Below are positions 1 through 14,000 of a stretch of 64,000 bases of DNA, in pieces. Both the position numbers and the translations under genes were made by a program. Each line of letters begins with the position of its first letter. Within the stretch, counting starts at the first letter, position 1. The notes beneath the pieces are model-generated. The model was not told the origin of the DNA, did not search any database, and worked only from the letters and a program-made list of their open reading frames with translations. Origin of the DNA: Bugula neritina (lineage: Eukaryota; Animalia; Bryozoa); NCBI GenBank assembly GCA_964035545.1, contig OZ037770.1:9058973-9122972 (forward strand), in the 5' to 3' direction.

Positions 1-1703
1 AGAAATTTATAAGTATTTTATGCCTGCAGAATCCTAGTATTAAATAAAGCTAAACTCAAGAATAGTTATATGATGATATGAAAGTAGGAAAAAATAACAA
101 AATATAAAAGCATGAACAAAATTGAACATTTAATTATCAAATACATTGATAATACAATTTTTTATTAATTTTTAATATTTTCTGGTCAACACAATATTAT
201 AATTGCGCAATAACGCTCATACTTATTAGTATTAAATAGCAATGTCCTTTTATTCGTTGGGTATTATTATAACCCATTTTATTAACCATAAACTCTAGTT
301 TTTATCTTAATTACCTATCATGTTACAACTATAACATATTGGGTGATTATGATCACAGTTTCATTAGGAATAAGCTCAAACATGTTTTGCAGTCACCCAG
401 TCATTGGCAAAATAATATGGGAACTATTCTAATATTAAGAATTTACTAAAAGTGTTGTTAACCAGCACAAGGGTATAGAGCACTCCCATGAGGAATTAGG
501 TTTCAATTTAGTTACTTAATTTATTTAAATTGCAACCTCCAATGTTCATTTTGGAGAGGGGATTTTTTGTATATTTTTAACAAAAACTTGACTGTTCTTG
601 TTTCTCTAACCATTTGCATGTTACATGCAAGTTGAACTGTCGGAAAGAGAAAGAAGACAACCCATTAAATCAAAACCTTATGCCACCAACTCTACGAAGC
701 TGGAGATATCTAACATGAAACTGGCATTGCATATAATAAGTTAAATTTTCATGATGTAGAGCAGCTTCCTTGTGGCAATCTTCCAAAGAGGAAAAACAAA
801 GTTATGAGTGCGAAATGTACTAACAGTGAATTAAAAAATGCTGATAGCAAATTACATCAGGTAAGTTAATTGTAATTCAAATTTGTGCTATTTATAATTT
901 GTATCGTAAGGAAATAAAAAACTTATGCTCACATTGGCTTTCTAGCCCAAGGTTTGTGCATCTGCGTATAAAGTGTAATTGAAATATATTTGCATAAAAT
1001 AAACTGCAAGTCAGTTTATATTTTAGGCAAAAGCATAAAATGAATATTTTAGATGTGTGAGCAATAACTTTGCTACTTGTAGGAAGGTAGGTGCAGTATG
1101 TAGAAATTGAGAAAAACCTGTGTTCTAGATTAGAAATGTAGCAAAAGAAGCTATGTTTTTAAAAGAACTTCAACTCACACCTTAAACCAAAACTAAATAA
1201 TAAAATTAGAAAACTTGGACTATCTCAATTTTTCCACTACTGCTCCTAAATGCCTGTAGGTGGCCACGTTTCCCAAGTACAACTTGTACTCTTAAGTTAT
1301 AATGTTTATCCTAAAATAACAGTGCATATTTGAATGTCAATAAGCCCTACCTGTAATTTAAACAGCTGTAATAACAACCTATTGATTAACCAAATTTGTT
1401 TGTCAACATCTGTCCATTTTAATGGGAAAGTACATAACCTGTGTCTTACGACTGGCTGTGAATTTTAATGCACAATGAGACATGTCTATTCTTCACTATT
1501 TTCTTTGTTTTTATACTAAAACATTATTTTTGTTCTGATGAGACTGCTACTTGCTTTGTACACCTTCAATGCCTAGTGAACTAGAACCAGCCACTACTTT
1601 AGAGTAATAAATTATATCACAATTTGTCTAAATTTGTCTCAGTCCAGCTAAATAGTAAATAGAAAATTATTAAAGAAAAGTGGTCAGTAAGAACAAAAGG
1701 TGT

Positions 1704-1916
1704 CATGAAGTTGGACTGTATGTTATAACTAAATACTGTGTGTTATAACTCAATACTATACTTAGCCTACTTATAGCTACATGAGTGAAAGTCCCTTGCC
1801 TTTACATGTGATTGCAATAAACGGTTTCATGAAGCTGGACTGTATGTTATAACTAAATACTATATTTTCTTATAACTACATGAGTAAAAGTTTCGTGCCT
1901 TTACATGTGATTGCAA
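1704..1916. repeat. Imperfect direct tandem duplication (~90-120 bp x2)
   Basis: CATGAAG.TGGACTGTATGTTATAACTAAATACT...TACATGAGT.AAAGT....GCCTTTACATGTGATTGCAAT occurs at ~1704 and ~1828. Confidence 0.75.
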
Positions 1917-2368
1917 TGCTTAGCAAATCAAAATGGCTACACTGCAAATTTGATCATATTTTATGCATCTGGCTGTACTCAAAAAGTAGACTCTTTAAAT
2001 AAAGCTCATCAAATTAGACCATTACCACAGCAACTTTTCATAGTAAGTTCAACATTATGACCACACGAAACTACTACTCAATATTAACTTTTCATATATG
2101 AGAGTCAAATTATTGTACTTATAACCGGCTAACAACCTATAAACACATAATTCTTGACCATTTAATATAATTTTTAGAAAAAATTACAATGATCAGACTG
2201 CAATAATGTATTTCAACAATACGGATGATAGGCCATGCAAAACAGTTATATTAAATTTAATATCTTTGTAAATGATAAAAGCATTTTGTTTATTTTATAA
2301 ATTTATAACTTCAAATAGGAGGACTAAATCATTCACACAAAAAAGATATCTCATTCAATGCAATTTAC

Positions 2369-2483
2369 CTGTCAGAGAATCCTTCTTAGCAGAGGTGCAA
2401 AGGTTACTTTCAAGGTCATTATACAGTTGACTGGGTTCAGTACTGCTCAAAGTTTTCTTGTTTCCTGATTTGTTGTTCTCCAT
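2369..2483 (-). CDS. Probable first coding exon of a second SLC16/MCT-like paralog continuing beyond the left edge (partial)
   Basis: Acceptor tcttgtag, then caagATGGAG, open frame MENNKSGNKKTLSSTEPSQLYNDLESNLCTSAKKDSLT and a phase-1 donor ACAG|GTAAAT. This mirrors exon 1 of the adjacent MCT gene (caagATGGAG ... RKDTLA, phase-1 donor). Confidence 0.45.
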
Positions 2484-3319
2484 CTTGTCTATCTACAAGA
2501 TATGATCTTTTAGTTGGGAATTTACATGTTTATTTGTTTATATATTTTTGCTTTGCTTGATATTTTCTGCCTTTTGAAATGAAAACATGTTTTTTAAACT
2601 TACTCATTAGCTAAAAGACAGAATTTTTCAGCCAGTTAAAATACTTGGCATTGTTGTATTGTACCTACTTTATTGAGTACACACCAGAGAATCAGAAATT
2701 AGCTCAAAATTTAAGAAAATCTTCAATTGTACTAGGCAATAGTTTGAGGGTTGGTTCTAAAGATGTATAAGAACAAAACTCAGAAAAAGTCCTGCAAAAA
2801 AGTTGTGATTTATGACAAAACACAATCATACAGAATCAGAATGTACTTGTAAAAAGCTGCAATCTTTTAGTAAGCTATATTGTGCTAGCATCATAGCAAT
2901 GAGGTAAAACATTAATACAGCTTGTAGAGCTGCAATATTTTTAGATCGCAAATAATTTACAATTTTATGTGGAATATAATGTTCTCAAAAGAATTAAATA
3001 ATATGATTATGAGCAGTGATGTAATAATCAGAACTGCACCTTGTGCTTTTTAACTAGTAATTTAACCAAAAAATATACAGAAAAGCAGCAAAAGTTGAAC
3101 AATTTATCATTTTTCGTTGAAATGATTTTTCTTAAATTCTTTCTGTTTTACTCACCAGATCTGTATTGTGTTGTCAGTCCTATGGTGATACATGGCAGTA
3201 TAAACAGGTCTTATATAACAGCTCTGGCCAATAACAAAGCATTTTATTACATTAGTTGTGGAAACAAACTGATTATGATTATTACATGAAAGTGCTGAGT
3301 GTAACCAGTTCAGGAAGGC

Positions 3320-3845
3320 AATGCCTCTTTTGCAATCGACATGACGGGGATGACTGTTTTACAAATCAGACCTTGATTTGGTTGCCTCTCTCCACACGAC
3401 TTTGTCCTTATAGCTGTCACTCTCCAGGAACTAAAATTCTCTACTTCATGTTTCTCATGGCAATTTTTTTAAATCTATGTCGATGTCTTCCTCTCTCTTT
3501 TTTTCTTCCGTTAACTGTAAGCTAAGCATTTGTCTTAGTAGTCAGTCATTTTCCATTCTGTCCACATGGCCTAACCATTTTAGGTTCTTTTCTATAAGAA
3601 TGTCAGCCATGCATGGCAAGTTAGGATTTCATCATCATGATATACTATTTTACAGCCACTATCTGTCGTAATTTTCTCATCATAAAAGTGGTAAGCTTCT
3701 TCACCTGTCTTCAGTATATTATATTCCATGCTTTATAATATATCTATAGTATTTACATTTAACTTTTATGGAAACATGTCCTTGCTCTACGTAACTTCTG
3801 CTAGAGCCTTCTGTAAGCTTCACTTGCTTTGCTCATTTACCTGTT
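3320..3845 (-). mobile_element. Degenerate RTE-clade LINE 3' fragment
   Basis: Broken minus-strand translation: MSKASEAYRRL*..., EKLTTFMMRKLRQI..., EKNLKWLGHVDRMEND*LLRQML...RGRHRHRFKKIAMRNMK. This matches the RTE ORF C-terminal motif (LRWLGHVxRM...RGRPRxRFKD). Confidence 0.7.
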
Positions 3846-5001
3846 GCTTGCCTAAAGCTACTAGGCTAGGCAGGTGTAGCAGAATGTAGCAGAAAATTAC
3901 AAATAACAATAATATAATGGTAGTAAACCTTGACTTACAATATTAATAAATAAGTTTAGCAATCTGTGATAATATTTAACAGTGAGCAAAATCTTGCAAG
4001 CAGAAGAGATACTGTAATAGCTGTAATAGTGCTGTTATTATATTCTCAAACTAATCACTTAAAGAAAGTTATAACTAAACTAACCTCAAACTGGTGCCCG
4101 CTACTCTGTGAGTCTGTAGCTTCACTTACTTTTTAATCAAAATATATTTTAATCTGCAAGTTTTATTTGGATTTTCAGATCAGAGGATTGTCCCGAACTT
4201 GATTTTAGCCTTTACACTACTGCTCCATTTGTATACATAGCAATAACTTGTAAAGGGAGGGCAACTCCTTGTTTTAAAAGTTACCAAACCTTCTATATAA
4301 AACAAATTAATAGGCAGTCAAGTTAATAATTTTATATTAACAGATGAGCTTTTAGCTTAAGATGTTTTGTTTATAACTTGTTGTAAAACAAAAATAGATA
4401 AAGTTGAAGAGTTTAGGCTAATGATTGCAATAACAAATAAAACTATATTGTTTTAGTATATAAAGCTGTTCCCTTAGACTACTTTTACACCAAATTGCAT
4501 ATGATTCATTTACTCCAATGTAGACATTTTATAATATGAAATACGTGATTGTGAAGCTAGAAAATAATTTTATAGAGGAGATAATTCTTGATAAAGATAA
4601 ATTTGCATACTTCTATTTAACATAGTATTTTCATTTTATTTATTAGATAGAAACTTTACAAGATCTTTGGCATAAAAAGTAAATAAAAGAGTATAAGGAA
4701 AATTTATATGGCTTGCAGTAGTATATAAAATAAAACTTTCAACTTAGTATAACATCATAGTTAAGAAGTATACTGCACAAACTAAAAAGGCGGACCTTTC
4801 TTAAATTAAGTAATATTGTATGTATAAGAATCTACACTAGTTATTTGTAATAACCAAAATATTGCACTTTAAATAGTAAAATGAATGACTGGCTTTATAA
4901 TAATTATTTTTTGCATAGCTGGTTTAAAATTCCAACTAAAAAATTCTCTAATATTGATGAATACTAAAGCAATGGCCTTTGATCTCTGACTTTTGACACA
5001 G

Positions 5002-8000
5002 TTACAGTTTCACTGTGTCGCTGTTTGCAAACTTGTTCTACAAAAAAAGAACATTAATTTTACACAATAAATTGCAACTTAGTCTAAAACTCTAAGTTAA
5101 AAAAATGCTATAAATTATTGCTCAATCGTTATACTATATGCTATATTTAAATGCATATGATTGTTAGTTTCAAATAAGTAGGTATTGTAACATGACACAT
5201 ATAAAATTGACATTTTATTTCAAACCTTCTGAGAAATTGGTACAGACATGCATATTAATTATATGTTAGCTATTTTTAATCTACACAAATACTAAAACTG
5301 AAATGTTAGTGGTAATCGACAAATGTACTGCATATGGTTAAAGATTGCCCACTGTAACTGTGTATCAAACTAATGCTTGCTTTTGAAAGTGGGAATCCCT
5401 GTGGGAATCCCTGTGGGAATTCCTGATGACAAGGTATTTCTAAAGCAAGCTAAAGACTTGCTTTTGCTATGACACCTGAGCATAGGTGATTGATTTCTTT
5501 GATATAATCAATGAGCTTTGAACCCATTTGAACCCATGAACTTGTTCGCCCTAAGCCAGTAGCCTAACTACTAAATTACAATTGCTCCATTTTAACTTTG
5601 TATAAACACAGCAGAATTTATTAATTTTATTTAAACTTTAAAAAGGCATTAATTTTGAAACTTTTGCAAGGTCGGTAGAAATAAAGCAGTTTTATAACCC
5701 ACAAGCTCTATGTGATGCATTTATATTGCTATAGTTAAAAGGTAATGGCTAAGCGAATTTCATTTACACTATAATATAAACATTTTTAGTAAGGCTACTA
5801 ACAACATTCTGCTTTTTGTAATATTCTCACTTCATAAAGTTACAAAATGCATTTGGATTTTGTACCTTTGTTTCTACCACAACTCTATTTCAATAGAAAT
5901 TAAATTATATTTCAATTCTATTCTAATTCAAATAAATTATCCCAAACATAAAAAACCAAATGTGCAATTAAAGCTATTTTTAGAAATTTATGTATGATAC
6001 AAATCTTTACAGATAAAAAACTAATTTATAACACACCAAAGCATTTTATTATAAGTTATTCTATCAATTCAAACCAGCTCTAGGTATTAGCAGAGAAACA
6101 CAAATTTTCACAATAAAAAATTTAAAATTAGAGGCAAGCAAGCAGTTTATTATTGTCTCAAAAACCTAAACTTTAAAGTTATGTGGTTTTAAATGCAGCA
6201 ATAGTTTTTGTTAATATAGGTTTAGAATGAACCTTTTTGGGCACTAAATTTATAAAGAAATCAACTCTTGTCTTACCTCCACATCTTCAGTAGGTTCCTC
6301 CGATGAAATTAATGCAGCAGGTTTATCGTTAGTTTGACTGTGTAATAAAGGAGCGTTAGCTACATTCATACCTGTGAAAAGTACAAGACCCAGGAAATAC
6401 TCGAAATAATTGCAGGTGTCGCAACTATTCAAAACAAAAAATATTTGACATGAAAACATCCAAACAACCACTTAACAATGCAGAAAATCAGTCAACCACG
6501 TAAAGGGCATAACAGGTATGTTTGCAGGCTAACAAATTATTCTTCTTTATTGAAAGTAGAAATAATTCCTGACGTTAGAATACATAATATGAAAATATTA
6601 CTCAATAACATTGCAAAAAACAAAGGAAAAACTTGTTTTCTAAGCTGATCATCTTGACGCAAAGTCCAATGGAAAATTCTGAATCTGTGGTGATCTAATT
6701 TAAGGCATACTTGAATGTTGATGTCTTCCAGGGACTACAGGGTTATGAAGACTCCATTGAGAGATGGAGGCAAAAGCGTCAGCTTGAGTTCCACTTTTAT
6801 CAGTATTTGAATTTATTTTTGGTAAGAAGAACATAATAGTTGCCCCAACCATGGGAGGAACACCAGCAAAATAGAAAGCGTAGTTGTAGTTTGAAGTTTC
6901 GTCATATATCCAACCTAAATCAATAGGTACAATCTCTACTGCACATTGGCATTGACTGGAAAACCATTTATATGCAAACAGATTTTAAACTATAATCTAG
7001 CAGCAAAACTTCATAAATATATATAATATAATATTTAATATAAGAATGCATAATTATCAACAAACATACAATAAGCTGTTTACGTAAATGCTTACTGATT
7101 TGCATATTTAAAACAAATTGGTTTTCTTTTACATGCCAAAGACATAAATTTCTAAATTAGATTGTGTTTACTGCACCAAGATATATAGCAAAAATGCATA
7201 CAAAAAGAAAACTTATAATCAATTGTCCATGCATATAGACTGAATTCTAGCATATCTAGACTAAGCTCTTACCTCCTATCATAGGCCCTGTCATGAGGGG
7301 TATTGAAATCATAGCCAACAAGAATCCCATAGCCTGAGATGCATTCTGTGCTCCAACAAGATCAAAGACTATTGGTCCAAGTAGACAAATGAAGCAGCCA
7401 TCCATGATCCCCAAGAGAATGCATACACCAATGAGACCTGTTGTAACAAAGATAGTATATAACGGGCTCTGCTACAGTACTGAAAAAAATATTTGCTTAT
7501 GCTTCAATAGAAACAAATTACATTGCAGTCAGCTTCATCGGTTTTGTATAACTAAATTAAATATCGATTTATTTTAAATTATTGAGGAAATAAATGAATG
7601 CAACTTATCAATTTTATTATGGAAAAAGTACTTTTAAATTGATTAAATAACTTCAAATTTTTCTAGCTTGCATTCTTTAGAATACATGTATTGTAGAGTA
7701 TATCTGCATTACACACCACCGCCCAAGCACTGCCCTATAAGTCCACTGAAGCCCATCAAAATTCATAGTATATATGAATTCTCAAATTACTTGAATTTAA
7801 ATGTTTACTTCTATTTTAATAAAATGGGTTGCACTTTGCCTCCCTATATATCATTTTACTAAATTAAAATGTAGTACAAGATATTGTATAGAAACATTCT
7901 TATATGTAACTCTCACCTTCAAAAACAGGTATAAGTGGGATAGTTAATGTAGCAGCGCCAAAGAGCACTATAGCCACCTGCTGGAAGCGTACTCTGTTGA

Positions 8001-11000
8001 CACATGCCATGTCACCTAGCTTGCCACTCACCAACCTGCCGACACCTGACACACCACCTATTGTCATTATCAGTATCTCTCCATTCTTTTCAGGAAACCT
8101 TTGGCGGACATAGTTATTCTAAAATGAAACGTGTGCAGACTATTTTATACTTTATACTTACTCGTACTGTACGATATGCTCGGTAGTTTGTAGACATATA
8201 CCATGAATTTATAGCTACACATGACAATATCTCTAAAATATGATGAGAAATTAAAATATACGTATAAAGCAAAAGCTTTTGGTAAACTAGGAACTGCATT
8301 AAATAATTTCTTGAAATTTAGTAGCCATGCAAATCTACAGGGTTTTGTTAAGTGGATACTCACAATATGTACAAGAGGGATAAAATAACCAAACAAAGCA
8401 AATGTCACTCCAATAGCCCAGATTATATAGCCTTTATTCTTCCAGATATCGACATTGAGATAACGCTTAAGAAATGCCCAACACTTGGTGACTTTTTTTG
8501 TGGCGTCATCGTATGCTTGCTGTATACTTTCCGTTGACAAAAATGCTCTTGCACTACACTCAAAACAATCAAAAAAATTGAATGCATTAGTTTGTAGTTT
8601 CAGAATATTTACAATATAATAAAAGCAACAGTAATCTACAGTAATAAAATAATTAGTAAACAATACCTGAAAAGGAGGGGCTAGCTGAATCGTAACATTT
8701 TATTTAAAATACTCACCATTAGGTTTTAACAAATAGTTATTTCAAGCAAATGGGTTGATTGAATCTTTAATCAAACTTGGAACATTGCATTTACAAAATA
8801 TCCACCTAGCTGTAATTATTGCAGTATGACGATATAAAAACTGGATTACGTAAACGCACTTCAGTAACTTTGCTGAGCACATTAAAATAGAAGCAGAATA
8901 TTACTTCTGAGCCGAAATGTTACGTTGCTTTGTGTAATTTATAAATAACTTTGCTAACAACAATGAAACGCTAATGGCATTGCTCATCAACAAAATAACA
9001 AAAATACAATTACATTCATGATATTATATGTACATAGTATTGTTTTATAAGTTGTGTATGTTGATTGTTATACATTCTTAGGATTCCAACTTACGAATAT
9101 TGCCGATTAGCATCTTTTTTGGAGTTGTCATTCTGCTTAATAAGAGGTTTGAACACAAGTCCACAGAGGATCGTTGTAGCTACCAGCCCACTTTCTATCT
9201 GTAGAGTAAAGGCTAGCCCTTTGTTTTCCAGCAAATACTTAATCAGGAATGGCAAAACTACAACAATATAATGAACATTTCATATTGCAACATAGAGTAG
9301 ACAACTCCCCTGTCTGTAGAGATAGTTCCAGTAGTCTAGGATGTAATTTACTAGAAATCTTAGGCTACAAAAAGTTTGAATTTTGCCTAATTATGATGAT
9401 TAGATAATATTCCTTTTGCTGCACATGCTGGCTATAAAATTGCTAGATAAATAAATTTTCCCAATATGATACAAAAGTGGCTATACAATAGTGACAGTGT
9501 CACAACATCTTTGTTGGAGCACCAGTGGTCTGGTGGTTGGAGCACTAACTTAGTAAACACAAAGTTATTGGTTTGATCTCTAGTGAAGGTCATTGATAAT
9601 GTTAGGAATAGCATTCATTCATGATTGTGGCTTTTCATGAATAATTCCCTAGCCGATTTTAAAAACAAACCTTTTCCATCAGGGGTTTCTCGCAGGGATA
9701 GTAACTATTATACTGTGTGAGTATTACATAATAACATTGTCACAGTGCTGCAGTGCTACAGGCACTGTGACCCGGTTACTGTGATACAAACAGTCAAATT
9801 TTGAAATAATGTAATATAGTACGTTTTTGTAATACTAATTCATAATTTTTGCAACTAAAAAAACGTTAATGACTAAAATGGTCTAAATCGAAATTATGTT
9901 GCTATTTTTATTAATATTACTTATAACTAATAAAAATATTATAAATATAAAATATGTAATCTAAATTTTTGTCATTTATAAGTTGAAGCATCAATATGGT
10001 AAAATTGATTAATTTTTTCATAATTTATTATGTAAAGTAGTTTGAATTAAAGTCATCTAATATATTGAAATACAATTATTAAAAATATTATTAATTTAGT
10101 CATAAAACTTGTAATTAATTGCACTGTTTTGTCAGAAAAAAACAGAAAAAAAACACACTCTAAAATAAAAAACATAACGTCACTGGGATTATAAAACTCG
10201 AAATATCATAGTATTTTCGTAGCACTTACAGCAACACTAACTGAATATAAAGTTTAATTATATATAGCATTACTTAGCTAAAGCATATAAGTTGTGGCAT
10301 TACCTATTGTAAATATAGCACTTCCTGTAGTAACTATTCCATTTACTAGAGACATTTTTTTCTTGAAGTAATGTCCTAATATAACAAGACTTCCTGAATA
10401 TATGAAGGAAGATCCAGTTCCAAACATTACACCATACGTCAGATACAGTACACTCAGACTCTGAAATATTCCATATTCTTAGTATAGCAATAATAGTTTC
10501 ATAACCTACTTTTCATTCATTCAGAGCAGTGGATGTTGAAATCTGCAAATATACTGTTTATGTTCTAATTATTCTTTAAAATTTGTAAGAAAAATTTGAT
10601 GAAAATAAATAACAAAATGGTAAATTAAAATTATTGATTGATACAAAATGTGTTATATAATACACATCAATTATTTCAACTAAACTCCTATCTAGAAAAT
10701 ATCTTAATTTGTGAGTAGCAAACTTTGAATAAAAACAAGCAAATAATATTTTAATACCGTTTGCTATTTTATTATTTTTAGGTCAACAATGAGTTTGTTC
10801 ATACTTTAACAAAGGATGAAGATAGTAGACCAGTAAAAGACAGGAGAGCTCCAGCTACTGCTACTTTTCTGATCCCCAGTTGATCAGCTGCTATTGATGA
10901 TATCATAGAAGTGAAGAATGTCATGAAGAGGGTGATGGAGGCAATCAGTGCTGTAACATAGTTTAAATATAACTCAAAGTAAAAAGTGTGGTGTTGAAAT

Positions 11001-14000
11001 TCCTAGTAGCCCCTATGGCCTATGGCCTATAGTGTAATGGGTAGCACACAGGTTTGCAAGTTGCGTGTATAAGATTGTGGTTCAATTCCCGGTGGAGGCA
11101 GTTGTTTTATAGAAAGTAGGTTGTTTCTACATTACGAACTTAAGTTACTTGTGCATTGTTAAAATTTTGCCCCAACCGGGGATCGTACCCAGACCTTCCA
11201 CCTGCAAGCCAGTGTGCCAGCGTGCTAGCCAATAAGCTATGAGGGCTATTGGGGAATCAGAATCCCGTGTACATGTATTGCATATACTTTTGCTCAAGTC
11301 CCTGAGTTATGTAAAAGGTTTGAAATTTAGTTTGGTAATAATGCAAATAGCCCTATATTATGATAGCAAGAACCTAAAATAAATAAACTTATACTTTCTT
11401 AGATTTGTGTTAAGATAGAATTATTTCTCAGAATAATCAGTTACATAAGATGGATTCAAAGCTGGAATAACATGGGCAGAGGAAACATTCTCAATGGCTA
11501 AAGCAATATATTTCTATTTCCTGTGAGTTTAGAATGTTAGTGCAACAGCTTGTTGATCGTAATAATATTTTGGTACATCCTGCCAAATATGTTCTAAAAA
11601 TAGCTGAACTAAGCAATATTTTCGGATATTGCTTGTTCTAACTGCTCTATAAGTAAACAGTTTTGAGACTAAGTATACAAAACATGACCAAGTAATATTA
11701 TGTTGAAACTTGTCCTGCACTAAAACCTTGCTAGACTTTGAAAGTTATACCAGTAGGATATTAGGCAAAACTTTAATAGAGGATAGTAAACAAATGTTGG
11801 GTATGTAATCTATTTTCTTTTTTCTAAAATAAGCAGTATAGCCGATAAGTAAATATTTGCTTTTTAAAACAATTTGGAAGGTTAAAAGGGTAAGTGACCA
11901 ATTAAATGACCAAGGATGTAGCTATAAGGCTGTGTTTTATTTTAAAAACATATTTTCAGTTCAAACTATTAGGATGTTTGGTTATAAATATTATGTTAAC
12001 TGAACACATCTATTTCTTATGTAAAGCCACAACTTCTTGTTAAATAGATATTCCAGTGCTTCCATTCAGTACGCACTGGATAATCAAACTACACAGGTAA
12101 AGGCATAATATTATGCAATGGTCACAACCAGTAGAAATAAACAATCTTCATGGTACACCAACCATGTTGGTTTGTGGTGTCATACTAGCTACCAAATTAC
12201 TTTAGGCAAACCAGATAACTAGGTTAACATAAACATTGATCTAGATACTGGTAAATTAGATGAATTTTTATATTACCATTTAATACTATTATATTATTGT
12301 GTTATTATATAACATTATTATATTAGTATTTGCAAGGAATATAAAAAGCACAAAAGTTCATATTCTAATATAATAGAAGATCTTACAATAATATCAAACG
12401 TTAAGAAAAATAACCCTGTATCAGGATTATTTGCATCTACAGGATTAATATAGAGTTGTCTTCCCTCACTATATTCACAACTATGGAATAACAAGACAGC
12501 ACACTCACAGACTTAGTATTAATATAGAGTTGTCTTCCCTCACTATATTCACAACTATAGAATAACAAGACACTACACTCACAGACTTTAGTTGTCACAT
12601 TCTCTTCACTATCAGCTAGCTGACTCAGATGTGGCAGCAGAATTCCAAATGTATTCAGCATTCCAAATACAACTCCATTTACCCAGAAAGAAGCTAAACA
12701 CACTAGCCAACCTCTACCACCATCAGGGGGGACAAACTCCTCAAAATCATCTGCATTTATGATATTTTCTTTATACTTGTGTCCTTCCACTAAAGATAGA
12801 TAGATATTATAGGACATAGGTAGATGTTACAGGCAGATAATAAAGATATATAATATGGATATATATTATATATTGTATAGGTAAATATAATATATTATAT
12901 AGGTAGATATATTACAACTCACTCGAGTTTTGAGTTATATATCTCCCTATATAATATATAGTATATATCCATATTATATATATCTAATATCTGCCTGAAA
13001 CATCTACCTATGTCCTATAATATCTATTAAAAATATTAGAGATACATAATATGGATATATATTGTATAGGTAAATATATATTTTATAGGTAGATATATAT
13101 ATTATAGATTGACAGATGTTATTTCACTTTTAGGGCATTTGAGGGCCATTTTTCACAACAAAATAGTAATTGTGCTTATTTATTTCAAAGCCAACAATCT
13201 ATTATAATTAACTTCTTTCCCTGAAACTTTGTGCAGTATATATATTTATATTATGCTACATATACTAAAATATGTATACATAGTATATACCTATCTATAT
13301 ATCTTATCGTAATACATTATACGAGTATACAGTTTTGGGGGAAATCTACATTAATATTGCTGTACAAGTTGCTCTTGTTTAACAACGTGCTAAGGTATTT
13401 TCATTGTTATCATTAGTAATTTGCTTTTTAGTTCATTAAAGTGAGTCATGTTTGAAATTTGTATTTTCATGGAGTTTGGCTATTTTGGGTTATACAGACA
13501 TTTTAAGATGAATATCATAACACTTTGATATTAATATTTCCTGCTCTTCTATATATAGCTTAATATTCCATTGTATTGCTATGTTATGACTTTTTATAGA
13601 ACAGGTTGGAATCTGCATGCCAGGTGCATCTTTATATGCAAGTAGGCTACTTGATCTTATTCTATATCTTTGTTTGACTTTTTGATGAAAACATGAAGTA
13701 CATTTGAGATTGGTTGAGTTTAATTTTGACTCTAAACATGCTTTCAGTTTACTTGCAACGGCAACTTCTAAGATGTAAAAACTTTTTTATAAACAGCAAA
13801 TCAACATTTTAGTACACTTTGAGCAATTTTAAGATTTTCAAAACTCTAATAAAATTTTGTATTTTTGAAGCATTATTGGCTAAAGGATAACTATAAAACA
13901 TAAGCCTACACCTGCATATTATTGTATAAAAGTGTACCCGCTAAAACATATTTTTAGAGGTACTGCTCAGATTAGAGATAAACAGCTATTCTAACCCAAG

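Noticed and set aside
780-866. Plus-strand exon-like segment ending CAG|GTAAGT
   Set aside because: No partner exon or recognisable protein; it likely lies antisense within an intron of the putative MCT paralog.
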